64,000 bases of DNA from the human T2T-CHM13v2.0 reference genome, Homo sapiens: NCBI RefSeq assembly GCF_009914755.1, contig NC_060944.1; one strand, 5' to 3'. The translations under genes and the position numbers were made by a program. Below, piece by piece: positions 19,203 to 35,718 of the stretch. The notes under the pieces are model-generated. The model worked only from the letters and a program-made list of their open reading frames with translations. It ran no database searches and had not been told where the DNA came from. The stretch's first letter is position 1. Each line of letters begins with the position of its first letter.

Positions 19203-20593
19203 ACAATCAAACATTTCTAAATTGCCCCTGCTTCCACAGGGCAAGGACTATCTCTTAATCATCTTTATTTTTCTAGTACACAAGTCCTCGGTTCAGCACA
19301 GCAAGTCAGTAAATGAGCGATCCTGTAACTCCCCGCCCACAGGGGAGGAGCCTGAGATGCAGACAGGCCGGATGCGTGTTGTGGGCCGGATGCCACCCAA
19401 GTCTGTTTGGCTCCAGAGCTTCCTGCTTCTCTGTCCCCACCTCCCCACCTGCCACAGCCTTCCTGTGAGCTCTTAGAGGAAGGGACAGTCTTCTTGCCAG
19501 AGTGGCTAATGACACCTCAGATCCATGCTAAATCTTTGAGCACAAGCTCTTAGGACGAGTGGCTAAAGGCCATTGAAACGCCAGCCCCACTGATACCCAG
19601 GATAGGAGGCACAGTGCTTTGAACAGAGCCCTCTAATCTCCTCCTTAGCTTCAAAAGGAATGAAGGGTTTCTCCTAAGGCTGTCAGTCAAACCATTACAG
19701 CCTTTGTGAAAGGTGTGACCTTGGACTGCAGTCACACACCTGCCCTTTCAGCAGCTCTTTCATGTTCTTTAATTCAACTGCACAGGGTTCCAAAGGCCAC
19801 CTTCATTCACCTTCATCCCCCCCAACTCCTGATGCATAAAATCCTGCACTCTGCAGTTTTTCTCTCCCTTTCATTTGTTCTAAAGGTCACCTTAGCTCCT
19901 ACTTTGAAGGAATTCATTCATTCATTCAACAAATTTTTGTTAAGGGCCTACTCTGCGTCAGGCACTGTTCCAGCACTGGGAACATGGTTACAAGGCAGGC
20001 AGCGTCTGCGTGGAGCCAGGGGTTGCCCTGTTCATGACCCAGCTCTGCAAAATGTCTCGCTAATATGCAAAGACAGTGGGTCTATTTCAATTCAAATACT
20101 TATCAGAAAAAAATTTCCCCCTGTTTTGTAGTTGGATGGGCTACAAAAGGTTTAGGAGAGAGCCTTCATTTTTGGGGCTAGGCCACATAAACCCAGGCAG
20201 GTATAGGCAGTTGTAGGACATCATGCAATGCTAGGATAAGATGATAAGGTTGACAAGAAAAGCAAGCATCTCCTATGGCAAAAGATAGCCTTAAAAATTC
20301 CTTAAATAGTCTTAGAGTCCTTGGTTTGAGCAAGCAATCTCGTGTGGTAATATATGTATACAAATGTAGAATGTTGTCTTAGTTCATTTTGTGCTGCTGT
20401 AAAAAAATATCTGACATTGAGTAATTTATAGAGAAAAGACATTTATTTTTCATCGTTTTGAAGGCTGAGAAGTCCAGGATCAAGGTGCAAACATCTGGCA
20501 AGTGTCTTCTTGCTGCACCATCCCGGGGGGAAGGTGGAAGGCAGAAGGGCAGAGAGGGTGAGAGAGAGAAAAGGAGACTAAACTTGCCCCTTT

Positions 20594-20725
20594 CTTCCTT
20601 CCTTCCTTCTTTCCTTCCTTCCTTCTTTCCTTCCTTCCTTCCTTCCTTCCTTCCTTCCTTCCTTCCTTCCTTCCTTCCTTCCTTTCCCTTTCTCTCTCTC
20701 TCTCTTTCTTCCTTTCTTTCTTTCA

Positions 20726-20728
<3 letters not shown>
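20594..20728. repeat. (TTCC)n/(TC)n polypyrimidine tract
   Basis: directly visible. Confidence 0.95.
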
Positions 20729-21266
<538 letters not shown>

Positions 21267-21996
21267 GAACTCGCCCTTTTCTAATGAACTTACTCCCTGG
21301 ATAATAGCTCTTGATCCATTACTAAGAGCAGAGCCCTTGTGAACTAAAGAGGTGATTAACCTCTTAAAGTTTCCACCTCTTACAATGCCAATCAAATTTC
21401 AACCTAAGTCTTAGAAGGAACAAATCTTCAAATCATAGCAAAAGTATATAGACATAGGTCATGTATTGCAAAGAATAAATGTTACAGAATTTATTTTACA
21501 GTGTTTTCTTTTATACAGAAAGGTGGGTAGAGAGTGTTACAGTTACGGAACTGCCTTTACCAAGCTCCCTGCCGCGCCCCCTTAGATTCTGAATTTGGCA
21601 GTCTGAGGAGTCCTGTTAAACCAAGTTGGATCTGATCGCTGCCCCAGTGGCTCCCTTCACATGGGGTAAGACCAAGGCCCTTGAAGTATGCCCAGGGCCC
21701 TATGATTTGTCCCCATCTCCCACTGACCCCATCTCCTGCCACTGCCCTCTGCCCACCTGTGTAGCTACACTGGCCTCCTGGTGTTTCTGGAGCCCATCCG
21801 CCCTGCTCTCTCTCTCAGATGCACTTGCTCTTCTCTCTGCCTGCACATCCCAGGCAGACACATCCTCTCCTCTTCTCCTCTGCAGGTCTCCTTCAAATTG
21901 CTACCAAAACACCAGGGGTTTCCCCCAACTCCCAGCATCCCTTAGCCCCCTCCCCTGCCTTATTTTTATCTTACCACTATCAGACATACCCTATGT

Positions 21997-22321
21997 TTGA
22001 TTTTTTTATTTTTAAAATTTTCTTAGAGTCTTGCTCTGTCACCCATGGTGGAGTGCAGTGTTGTGATCATAGCTCACTGCAACTCAAACTCCTGGGCTCC
22101 AGCCATCCTCCCGCCGCAGCATCCCTAGTAGCTGGGACTGCAGGCATGCACCACCACACCCAGCTAATTCTTCTTGAACTTCTTTTTTAGAAACAGGGTC
22201 CCATTATACTGTCCAGGACGGTCTCAAACTCCTGGCCTCAAGTGATCCTCGCACCTTGGCCTCCCAAAGTGCTGGGATTACAAGTGTGAGCTAAAATCCC
22301 AGTAGTGTACAGTGCCCAGCC
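21997..22321 (-). mobile_element. AluJ in an L2 remnant
   Basis: gatcatagctcactgcaactcaaactcctgggctc, J-type. Confidence 0.85.
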
Positions 22322-22550
22322 TAGTTTTTTTTTTTTGTTTTTTTTTTGGTAATCCTTGTTTGTTGTTGTTGTTGTTGTTGTTTTAAATTCCTAACTCCCC
22401 AAATTTGTTACTGTTTTATTTTTAAATGTTGTTTAACTGTAAACTCCATGAGGACAAGTTTTCTTGCCTTTTTTCTTCCCTGATGTGCGCTCGGCTCCTA
22501 GAAATGGGCTTGGCACTTGGTAGGAGCTTAATCAATCTTTGCCAGATGAA

Positions 22551-22653
22551 GGAATGAATGAATGAATGGATGGATGGATGAATGAATGAATGAATGGATG
22601 AATGAATGAATGGATGAATGAATGAATGAATGGATGAATGAATGAATGAATGG
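22551..22653. repeat. (GAAT/GGAT)n tetranucleotide repeat, probably an L2 tail
   Basis: directly visible. Confidence 0.93.
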
Positions 22654-24019
22654 AGTGAGTAGCACCTGTGCGCAACAGCTTATGGATCATGTCAGTCGGG
22701 ATTCCTGGATGCGGTACTTCAATCAATGCTTTACAAAAATGCTGCAGGGGAGAGTGTCACTCTCTTATTAGAACAGAGAATAAAGGGATTTGTGTTCTTA
22801 TGGAATGATTAATTATTCTGGTTTATTTTTTCTTTACCCCACCTTGGGAACAAGCACCCCATTACCACAAAGTGAGAAATCTGTATATTAACCATGTTTC
22901 ACTCTGAGCTCAGAGTCCCCTTCTTCAACCATGGTCTCATCTGTAAAACTTGTGTGTTTGGGAAGGAATGAAAACCCCACCGGAGAATGTTCCCCAAATC
23001 AGAGTAGCGACATGTGTCTTAGCCAAGGAGTTCTTCCAGGTTCTTATCCGTGGGGTGTACACTGTGGCCTGCTCATGCTCAGTATTTTCATACCCTAGAT
23101 GTAAGTTGTAAGTTTTCGTGTTTTATTATTTCACATTTAATTTTTTTCTCCAAAACAAGGCTCTGCCAGATGTAACCTGGCTGCTTATATAATACCATTC
23201 CAATTTGTTAAATATCAATGATAATAGATATTCTTGCAGTATCTAAGAACAGCAAAGACAGCTTGTGGAGAGTATTATAAGCGGTGCCATGAAAGGTACG
23301 GGATAAATGAGAAGTGTGCCTGGGTGGCTATTCATGAGTACCTGCAGAGGGGTGCTGTGCATGGGGCAGTTACATCAGAGCCCACCTCTGCCCCAAACTG
23401 GTAGTCTTTGGGAAGCTGGTGTCGGCCTCTGGGTAAGTCTTAGTTTCACCATCTGGAAAATGGGGACTACATTAGCACTTTCTTCAAAGGGCCATTGTCT
23501 GCATGGAATGAAATCCCAGATGGACGGCGGCTCTCCCAGGGCTCTGAGCACTTGTTCAGTCATCAGCCGCCAGCTCCTGCTGTTATTCCTATTAGTTTAG
23601 CCTCTGGGAAGATGTGAGCTGCAGAGACTGTAATGCCCAAGCACGGACATTGCTGTTGCCTCAGAGATGTCACTCTGGCTTGGCTCTTGTCCCCAACGGG
23701 CTCTGAGGAGGACTTGCTGCTGGGCAGGGCCCCAAGTGTGTGCTGGGCTTTCCCAGGTCAGCCTCCCTCCAGCAGGCAGCTGGCATAGGTGGCCCAGGGA
23801 GAAGGTGTTCCTCCCTCAAGCCCTTCAGGAAGGCCGGGCTGTCCAGCAGATGGGGTAGAGACAGGCTGGGAGCACAGGGGGCTTCCCAAGGTCCCCCCTG
23901 GGCCATTTCTGAGTTAAGTCAGGCCCCCACAGGGAATCCCAGCCTCTCCTGCAGGTTTCACAGGAGAGTCCAGAAATGTCCAGGACTCTCCCTGCCTCGA
24001 GGCTCTTTCTGGTGATGGT

Positions 24020-24527
<508 letters not shown>

Positions 24528-25407
24528 GCTGGTCATTTTCAGTGCCTGCAAAGAGAAGCGATTTTTTTTTCCCTTAGACGTGAACACAGAATTGTTTCCT
24601 CCTGGTAGCTGTGATTCCTTGGTTATTCTTTTTACAGTTGGAAAAAAAAAAACCATCCTCTATGAAGCCTGGTGTCACCTTTTCAGGAAAGCCTGAGGAC
24701 GAATGGGCAGGTACCCAAAACATTTTTCCCTATTGTGATCACAATTAGATAGTCATAATACTGATCGTTATTATTTTGTGGAATGTTTACTCTGCAGGCA
24801 CTGGGCTAAGCTCTTTGTATACTTTCTATTATTTAGTCCATGTAACAATTCTGAGAAAGGAAGGCTTAGAGGGGCAAAAGGCTTATTTATAGTCTTCTGA
24901 TCAGGAAGTTGTCCCATTCCACAGAGAGCACAGAACTGTCTACTCTTTCTTCTCCCTCCCATGAGTGGCCACCGGGAGGGGAAAATGTGCTGTGGGTGCC
25001 TCAAGGAAAAGAGAAGGTACTTGAATGTCAACTTCTCCTGGGTGACTTATTGACCACGGACAGATATTTGTTGAATGATGGAAAAGGAAAATGGAGCCAC
25101 CATCTTCCCTTGGGACATTCCCTTGTGACACAGTGTAGACCAAAGCATTGGTGGGAAGGCAAGAAGGAAGAAGATATGCAGAGGGAAGCAGAGGCAAGAC
25201 CAGATCCTCCTGATTTCTGGTTTGATGGCACCATCGAGGCAGGGCAGCATCTCTGCCCTTACCAATGCAGAAATCAGCTAACAGCAACAACAGCAATAAT
25301 TGGCATTTATTGAGGATTCATTCTGTTCCTGACTGCCCATTAGTTATACAGCAAAATTGCAGTCTTTTAGTTTTAAATAAGACAATAGCTCAGAAGTAAA
25401 TGGTAAC

Positions 25408-25768
25408 TGTATTAGTCTGTTCTCACACTGCTATAAAGATAGTACCAGAGACTGGGTAATTTATACAGGAAAGAGGTTTAATTGACTCACAGTTCCACAT
25501 GGCTGGGGAGGTCTCAGGAAACTTACAATCATGGAGGAAGGAGAAGAGGAAGCAAGGCACATCTTCCCATGGCAGCAGGAGAGAGAGAGAGAGCAGGGAA
25601 AACTGCCACTTATAAAAATATCAGATTTCGTGAGAAGTCACGCCCTATCACGAGAACAGCATGAGGAAACTGCCCCCATGATCCAGTCACCTCCCATCAT
25701 GTCCCGCCCTAGTGGGGATTACAATTCGAGATGAGATCTGGGTGGGGACACAGAGCCAAACCATATCA
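25408..25768 (-). mobile_element. MSTA/THE1D-type solo LTR
   Basis: tgtattagtctgttctcacactgctataaag...ggggacacagagccaaaccatatca. Confidence 0.85.
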
Positions 25769-26312
25769 GTGAGTAAATGTAAGTAGGTGCAGGAGAAGAA
25801 ACACTGCCTTACCCTCCACTGGAAGAGGCTGTCAGATGTTAGGACATTGGAGTGAGTGAACTGTTAAGAGCTTTAGGGCTGGAGTAAGCAGCCTCCAGTT
25901 CAAATCCTGGTTCCTCTACTCACTAGTTATGAGGCCCTGGGTAAATCACACCACCATTTATCCATTGAACCATTCGTTCGTTCATTCGTTCTATCTCTTC
26001 AACAAACGTTAGTTGAATACCTACTATACCCTAGGTAGGCATTTGAGAACTGAAGCCAACAGAACTCCCTGCATCTGTGTTAGACAACACAGAAGACCAA
26101 GCAAAACTAACAGACTTGTTCGCTGCAGGAGATATGTGCTTCTGGGAGATAAGACTGTCAACTAGCTAAATTGCTTCCTCACCAAGACCTGCTGCAAGAC
26201 CCTCATGTAGGTGTGCCCGCCATTTCAATTCCAAACCATTTTTCCTCAGGCGAGACCTGCCTTAACGCCACCGGGCTCAGTCCCTAAAACTATGATCAAT
26301 AGGTTTTCTTGA

Positions 26313-26844
<532 letters not shown>

Positions 26845-27250
26845 AAGATACTATTTTATAGAGGGTCACCAGAGAAGGCTTATCTGATAAGAGAACATTT
26901 GGGAAGACATCTGATGGAAAGGAAAGAGTTAGCCAAGGAGTTAACTGGAGGAGAAATACTCCAGGCTGAGCCGACAGCATGTGCAAAGGGCCTAGGGTGG
27001 GCTTGTGCTCAGCATACAGAGAGACAGAGCAAAGAGGTCTGTGTGACTGAGGGAGATTAAGCAAGAAGGAGAGAAAGAGAAAAATAGGGCAGGGAGGTGT
27101 GTGGGCATAGCGGGCCAGGTTGACAAGAGTCTTGCATGGCATGTGGCTTTACTCTGAATAAAAAGGGAGCCCTCGGAGGGCTTGGAGCAGAGGGAGAATT
27201 GTTCTGATTAACTTTTTAAAAGAATCCCTCTGGATCTCAGTCTCCTGACC

Positions 27251-27900
27251 TAGGGGCTGGCAAACATCCTGGAAAAGGCCTGTGAGTGGCAGGTCAATAA
27301 CCCTCCAGTGTCTATGTCCTGCTCCCTGGAACCTGTACATACATTTTGTTATGTGACCAAAGAGACTGCAGATGTGATTAAATTAAGAATCTTGAGATGA
27401 GGAGATTAACTCGGATTATCCAGGTGGGCCCGATGTCATCTCAAGGATCCTTTTAAAAGAAAGAGGGAGGCAGGAGGAGCAGTGTTAGAGTGGTGCAATG
27501 TGAGAAAGACTCTATCAACCACTGCTGGCTTCAAAGATGAAGGAAGAGGCCACAAGCCAAGGACTGCAGGCAATGTCTAGAAGCTGGGAAAGGCAAATAC
27601 GTGGATTCTTCCTCAGGGCCTCCAGAAAGGAGCACAGCCCTGCTCACACTGGGAATTTAACCTGGGAAGACCCACGTCCATCCTCCGTCTTCTAGGACTG
27701 TACGATAATAGGTTTGTTGCTTTAAGCCACCAAGTGTGTGGTGATTTGTTACAGCAGCAACAGGAAAGTACTAGAGTCAGATAGTAAATATTTTCAGCTT
27801 TGTGAGTCACGCAGTGTTTTCCACAACTTGCAACTCTGCCATTGTGGGAAATGGATGAGTGTGGCTGGATTTGGCCCACAGGCCGTATTTGTTGACCCTT
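27251..27900. mobile_element. MER58A-like MITE interrupted by an MLT1C/D LTR (about 27281-27775)
   Basis: ggggctggcaaac...[ggattatccaggtgggccc...ttgttacagcagcaacaggaaa]...cagatagtaaatattttcagc. Confidence 0.7.
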
Positions 27901-27984
27901 GTCCTAACATGTTAAATAAGAACTAGAAATAGTAGTAACTGCAGAATGCTGTTTGTGAGCATTAAATGAAATAATGCATACAGG

Positions 27985-28350
<366 letters not shown>

Positions 28351-28639
28351 TCAATGTGCATTATGATGATGATGATGTTATTATTATTACCATCAATATT
28401 ATTGCAGTGGTTATAGGAGGAATAGTCTTGATTTTTTTCCCAGTAGTCTTCCCATCAGAACACCATAACAGTAGGCGAGAATGATCCATTTGTCAGGTAT
28501 TTCTGATGAGCCAGCTTATAGACACCACATCAGGGAGAAGAGCAGCTAGGGAGGAAGAATAAAAAGAGAACAATTTTCTTTACTGAAAATGACAACCTAG
28601 AAGAGAAATGGTGAAAAACAAATATCTCCAAGTCGCAGG

Positions 28640-29100
28640 ATCATCCTGGCTTTGAATGGCACAGGGCTGTCCTGTTACCATTTCCCCATTCCAGCATTGA
28701 CATATTTTATTGTTAATTGCTTTTTCAAACCTCATCAATGATCTTTTGCACTTTCCGCAAAGAAATGTTGAAAGCTTTTAATGAAGAAATTAATTATGTA
28801 TAGTCTTGAATGCAAATTAGACTAATTAATTGTAGCATTGATACCCTCTCCTAGCACAAAATATGAGAACTGGCGTTATACATATTTATAAGGCACAGTA
28901 CATTTTGACAGATGCCTGCAGACTGTGATGAAAAGGTGGTCAAGGTGTCTGAAAGGAATGCCTTTTCTCTGACAGATAAATAAGGTTGCATTTCGTGAGA
29001 AGTTTAGTTTAGTTGTCAACAATAGTGACTTTGGAATGTTGAGATGTGAAAACTTTTGTCATAAAATGGATTTTACCCCAAATGGAAAAACTTCTGTAGA
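28640..29100. promoter_or_regulatory. candidate enhancer / conserved non-coding-like block
   Basis: ATGCAAAT 28810, TAATTA repeats 28788-28833, TGACAG 28906 and 28970. Confidence 0.35.
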
Positions 29101-29359
29101 GTCGAGGTGATTGGGTGTGGAATCGAACGTATCCTGGGAAAATGCATTGGGGTGTTCTTGGTTCTTACCAGGCAATTAGTAAAGGAGGTCACATGTCTGC
29201 AGCAGCCATGTCTATCAGGGCTGGATGAAGGAGTAGTTGGGGCACACTTCTTTTTAATTGTGTTTTATTCCATTCAAGAGAATGGAGAGTGGGCACCTTG
29301 TAAATTTCACTTAGTCCCCAGGAACCAATGTTCTGCCCCGAAGAAAAGAACTCACTGGG

Positions 29360-29776
29360 GGTAAAAATGGCCACAATGTTAAACAGCTTCTCCCATCCAG
29401 AGGTAGAGTTTGTCGACCCTTTGGATCTTGGCTTGGTCATGTGATTTGCTTTGGGTGGCCAATGGGACTTCAGCAAACCTAATACAAGCAAAGGATTGAA
29501 AAATGCTTCTGCATTAAAGTTTGCCTTCTCCTGCTGCTACTGGAAACCCTTCTACCACCATGAGAGCAAGCACATGGAGATAGGCCTGGCTATCCCAGAG
29601 ATGGCCCCAGGCAGGTGAGTGAGGCAATTCTAGACCAGCCAGCCCCTGCCAAGCCAGTCTACACAAGAAGATTATCCAAGCAACCAATCAAATTATGAGA
29701 AATTTAAAAACACATGTTTGCTATTTCATGCCACTGAGTTTGGGATAATGTGTTAGGCAGCAAAGGCTAACTGACA
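29360..29776 (+). mobile_element. MLT1 (F/G-like) LTR
   Basis: aaaatggccacaa...ccactgagtttgggataatgtgttaggcagcaaaggctaactgaca. Confidence 0.6.
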
Positions 29777-30406
29777 CCACCAAAATTTCAGAGCCCTTTC
29801 TTCCTGTATTTGAGGGAGGTAGATATTAAGACCTTATTTGTAAGTGACAGGTACTGTGTCCTAGAAGGTCTGCTATGGATAAAGACCAGTCATGAAAAAG
29901 ACAGAAAATAAACAGGTAAATGCATCAATGCCTCGTTACAAATGGAAGGAATTGAGTTGGACAAAGAGGAAGGGAAGACACTTGCTCTGAGCAAGGGCAG
30001 CAGGCACTACTGTGACCTTCCAATGGCTACCTTCTACCTCCATCTTCTTCCTGCCTTGTCAAACCTGTAGAGGTTGTGACAGAGGCTGAAGGTACAGGCA
30101 CTGTCTTTCCCATCTTCCTTGGCAGCTGGGTATGTCCACGTGACCCAATTCTGTCCAGGGGACCCAGGGAAATCTGCTGGGATATCCTTGGAAAGGTTTC
30201 CTCCCTGGTAAAAAGAGACACATCTCCAATGGCGTGGCTATGTCCTTCCGTGCTAGGCAGAATGCCAAATGTCCCTTCTGAGATTTCCTGTCCTAATCAT
30301 CAGGGCTGTGGACATGCTGAGCTATCATACTCAGGATGGTTTTCATTACATGGCAAGAGGGATTTCGTGATGCAATTAAGGCTACTCATCGGGCCCATGC
30401 TAATCA

Positions 30407-30738
<332 letters not shown>

Positions 30739-32409
30739 CTAGAGTGCTTTCTCCAGTTGGTAGCAGGAAAATTCAGATATTCAAAGTATGAGAAGGGTTC
30801 AAAACAAGAGAGCTCTTTAGTTGCTGGCCTTGAGGATTGGTGGCTGGTGGGGGTGGAGGGGGTGGGGCTCATGAAAAAGGCCTGAGAGTGGCTTCTGGGA
30901 GCTGAGCGTGGTGTGGCTGACAGTCAGCAAAATGAGGGTCTCAGTCCCTAATTTATTGTGGGGGGTGGGGGCTGTCTATTTTCTTTAAGGACATAATCTC
31001 ACCAGGCAACAAGTAGCTACAAGAGGGGCTGGGCAGTTGTCTGCAAGAGCAGCAGAGAAACAGGATCACAGCCTTCGCACAGCCATGGGGAGAAAAACAA
31101 ACAGGAGGTGGAGACTGAGCGGGAAAAAGAGTTGGGATTCTACATCGCTGTCCCAGTCCCTTCCCCAGCCCTGGCTACACCCTACCCACTCATTTCTCCC
31201 GGGTGTGGCCCCCTCATTGGGATCTGTTGCTTAAGCTAGCCCAGTTTGCTGTAGGCTTCTTGAGAAAAAAGGTGTTCTGTCCAATACAACATCCTTCAGG
31301 ATGAAGAGGCAAAGCTATGGATGGTTCACTTCATCACAGCCTTTAGCTTGGCCCAACTTCCACAAATCTGTATCTTTCAATTCCAACCAGTTTCACTTAT
31401 GGGCGAGCAAATGCCCTTCACCAGGGCTACCTGAAGTGTGGTTTGCAGTTCCAGTGACTGCCCATACACTGCTGGCTGTTGGTTTTTAAGGAAATGGAGA
31501 ATAAGTGCTGTGAAGCTTTTACAGAAATTGGACATTTATACCACATCCAAGTGCGCAATCTCTTGCTGATGACAATATATGCTCTTAGAGTACGGACAGT
31601 TTTGGTGTGGTCAGGCTTGTGTGGTGGGTCTCATGTGGCGAGTCAGTAAGGTACATGCTATGTACTTGCCATGCACAGTAGGACCATTTATTGGTCTGTG
31701 ATGTATTGACAATAAAAATAAATTAATTAATTTAAAAAACCCGTGATTCTTCCCCACTGGTAGCTTGTGAAGCACCAACCCAGACTTAGGCACGTCAAGA
31801 TTTTCCTGGCAAATGTCATAGTTTGGGGCAATCTTTTGAGTTGGAGCCATAGCTTTTCTTCCTGGAATAAATGCAGGTGTGCTCGCCGATTCCTTCATTT
31901 CCTGTTGGGGACTCCTCAGACTCCTGTCTTCCTTAGGTGATCTCCTTCCTTCACCCCCAGGCCAGGTGGAGAAGGCTCAAGTGCAGCCAATTCTGCCTAG
32001 CTTTCCTTGGAAGATGATAGGTTCAGAGTGTTAGGAGTAGGAGGTTTTCCAGCCCAGTGCTTCCCAGTGGTGTTCAGGGCCCCCAGGTGCTTCTCGAAAA
32101 GGTCCCATTAACTTAAGAGACGCTGCTTAGTGTCTCTCTCCTGGAAAGTGGGGATGGGACTGAAGATAAAAACTGGAGGTGGAAAGGACCCATGAAATTA
32201 CAAAAATGCTCCATTTTTGTAGCAGAGGAAACTGAAATCAGAGAGGTCAATCAAAGGACTTGCATGAGGTCACATTTCGATAAGGACCCAGATTCTTAGA
32301 GAGAGCCTCTGGCACTAACTCACCTTGTTAGGGTACTGCTATGGCTGCTGGAACAAAGATCAAGATAACAGTGGCTAAGACCAGATGGAAGTCTGTTTCC
32401 CTTTTTTAA

Positions 32410-32769
<360 letters not shown>

Positions 32770-33788
32770 TAGGCTGATGGCATCAGGAACTCAAGCCCCT
32801 TCTCTTTTTTCTGTTCTGTCTTCAGCAGGAGGAATCTGTTTTGTAGTCTAAAATGGCTGCTTCAGCTCCTGCCACTGTGTCTGCATTCCAGCCAGAGGAA
32901 TGAAGGGAAAAGACAAGGGGAGGACATGCTCTTTTATTTCTGAAGGTGTGTTAGGGATTTATTCCTACTTAATAAAAATCCACAGACCCTTAGGAGTAAA
33001 CACAATAGGTTTGTATTGGACTTTTGTTCAAGCATCTTGGGTAGTTGCCTGGGCAGCTCTTCCAACCTGGGCTGGGCTCACTCACACTCTGGGAATCAGC
33101 TGGCTGTCAGTGCACCCAGGCTGTCCTCAACTGGGACAACTAGACCAAGTTGACTGGGCCCCCCAGGACTCTCACCCTCCAACAGGCTAGCCCGGGTGTA
33201 TTCTCACTGCCACGATGGCAGAGGCATGACAGCACAAACCCAGCGCACAAGCCCACTTCTGGCCTCTGCATTCATCTTATCTGCTAACGTCCCAGGGCCA
33301 AAGCGAGTCACCTGACTGAGCTCAGAATCCAGGGTTTGGCTAGCCCAGGATAGCTTGGATAGGGAAGGAGCTGCCTTGTATGGGGCAAAAAAGCAAGGAT
33401 ACAGAGAGGAGGGAAGAACTGGATACAGTTTCACAATCTCTTACTCTCAGTACTTTGGTCATATCCGATGAGGTAGGACCTAGTCACTGGGCCACACTGA
33501 GCTGCAAGGGACTCTGGGAAGTGCAGTCTCACCAGAGGCAGGCTCTCAGCTGTACCATTGACTAGGATAAAGGAGGAGAGGGCGGATCGAAGGAAAAGAA
33601 AGGAGAACTCTTGGCCACACTTGACCTGTAATCTTGGGCAAGCCCCAGGCTGCTCCACTGACTCTCCCCATCTTTTCAGAACTTTCCCTGATCCACCAGT
33701 CAAAATGAATTCCCACCTCCTTTTCCTCTGAACTCCCCAGGAAGTACAGTTGGCTCCCTCCTAAAGTCTGTGTTACTTTCCACCTTGA

Positions 33789-34313
<525 letters not shown>

Positions 34314-35517
34314 TCCACCTTGAGTTAAGCCTTTCTGTTTCTAGGTTTCTCTCCCCTGGTGACTATAAACTCCATCAATTGTCCATTTGTGGAGCCCCAC
34401 CTGTTAGCCAGGCCTGGAGACCCAGAGAGGGAAGATACAATCCCAGCAGAGGTTGAAAAGAGGTGGCCTGCACACCAGAACAGACAGGCAGACTGCTGTG
34501 CCTGGACCATGTCACACAGTGTATACAAATTTAGTAGCTGCCAACATTTAAAAATTGGGAATCACCCTTCCAGAAACAGATTTCTGGCTTCACTGGAAAA
34601 ATGAGCAGATCTAGCAATACTGGGCCCATATTTCCATAATTAGAATGCTTGTTTAATATTATGTATCACATAATTTACATATGTGATCTATAAACACGTA
34701 AGTGTATTTGCATTTTAGCTGTTACCATTCCCTAAAATGTGGGCTCCACAAGATGCTGAGATATTGCTTTGCTCACTGCTCTATTCTGGTGCCTCACACA
34801 GTGCCTGGCATCAGGTCAGAAGTTACTTGTGAGTAATGAATTAGATGAAGCAACAATGGGTTGGAGCAGCAGATCGCTGTCCCCTCCAAATGAGTCCCAC
34901 TCAGTAATCTGTATTCTCTGCCTGGATCTTGGAGTTCAATACACTCTGAAAGGAGAGGGCACTGTCAACAATGAGTGTGCAATGTCACAGGTACCATGAG
35001 AAAGGTGAGCCCCAGGAAAACCCAGGGAGGAGCCAGGAAGGCTTCCTGAATGCATTTGCCAGACTGGGAAGTGAACGGTAATTTTTAGGAGAGGGAAGAG
35101 CATGCCTGGAAGCCCAGAGGCCCATGCTATTGTTTCAGTTTGGCTAAATGTACATCTCTGGGGCAGAGGAGACACTGGGACAAGTGGACAAGGAGCAGAT
35201 GGGGAAGATCCCTGTCTACTGGTCTAAGACGCTTGATCTCTATCCTGGGGGATGAAGGTTTTGAGCCAAGGAGTAACAGGATCAGATGTGAGTTATAAAA
35301 AGAACTCCCGCCTGTAGTGTGAGGAATGGGTGGGCATGCACGGGGGCTGGCCGGGGCTCCTTTTAGGGTAGGGTCCTATGGGGGGCACATAATAATGAAA
35401 ATCAATGAAGGGACCCATGTAAGATGACAAAAGTCAACTCACACTTGGCTGCACTGTCTGGGAAACAGTAGGGAGTAGTGGGGACTGTGGCGAACTGGTG
35501 CAGGCTCACCTGTCTAC

Positions 35518-35718
35518 AGAAGGGCTTCCCAATCTTAGCACTATTGACATGGGGGGCTGGAAATTCTCTGTTCCATGAGGCTGACTGTGCAATGTACACC
35601 ATCTAGCAACATCCCTGGCCTCTGTTCGCTGGATGCCAGTTATGACCACTGAACATGTCCCCAGATGTTGCCAGATGTCTCCTGGAGGGTGAAATCTTCC
35701 CCTGGCTAAGAGAGACTG
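35518..35718. mobile_element. MER20
   Basis: cttagcactattgacat...agcaacatccctggcctct...cagatgttgccagatgtc. Confidence 0.75.

Noticed and set aside
31859-31867. Perfect GAS TTCCTGGAA and other isolated TTCNNNGAA sites
   Set aside because: Expected many times by chance in 64 kb; no clustering.
34665-34687. 8-bp inverted repeat ATCACATA-N7-TATGTGAT
   Set aside because: Short and AT-rich, compatible with chance.
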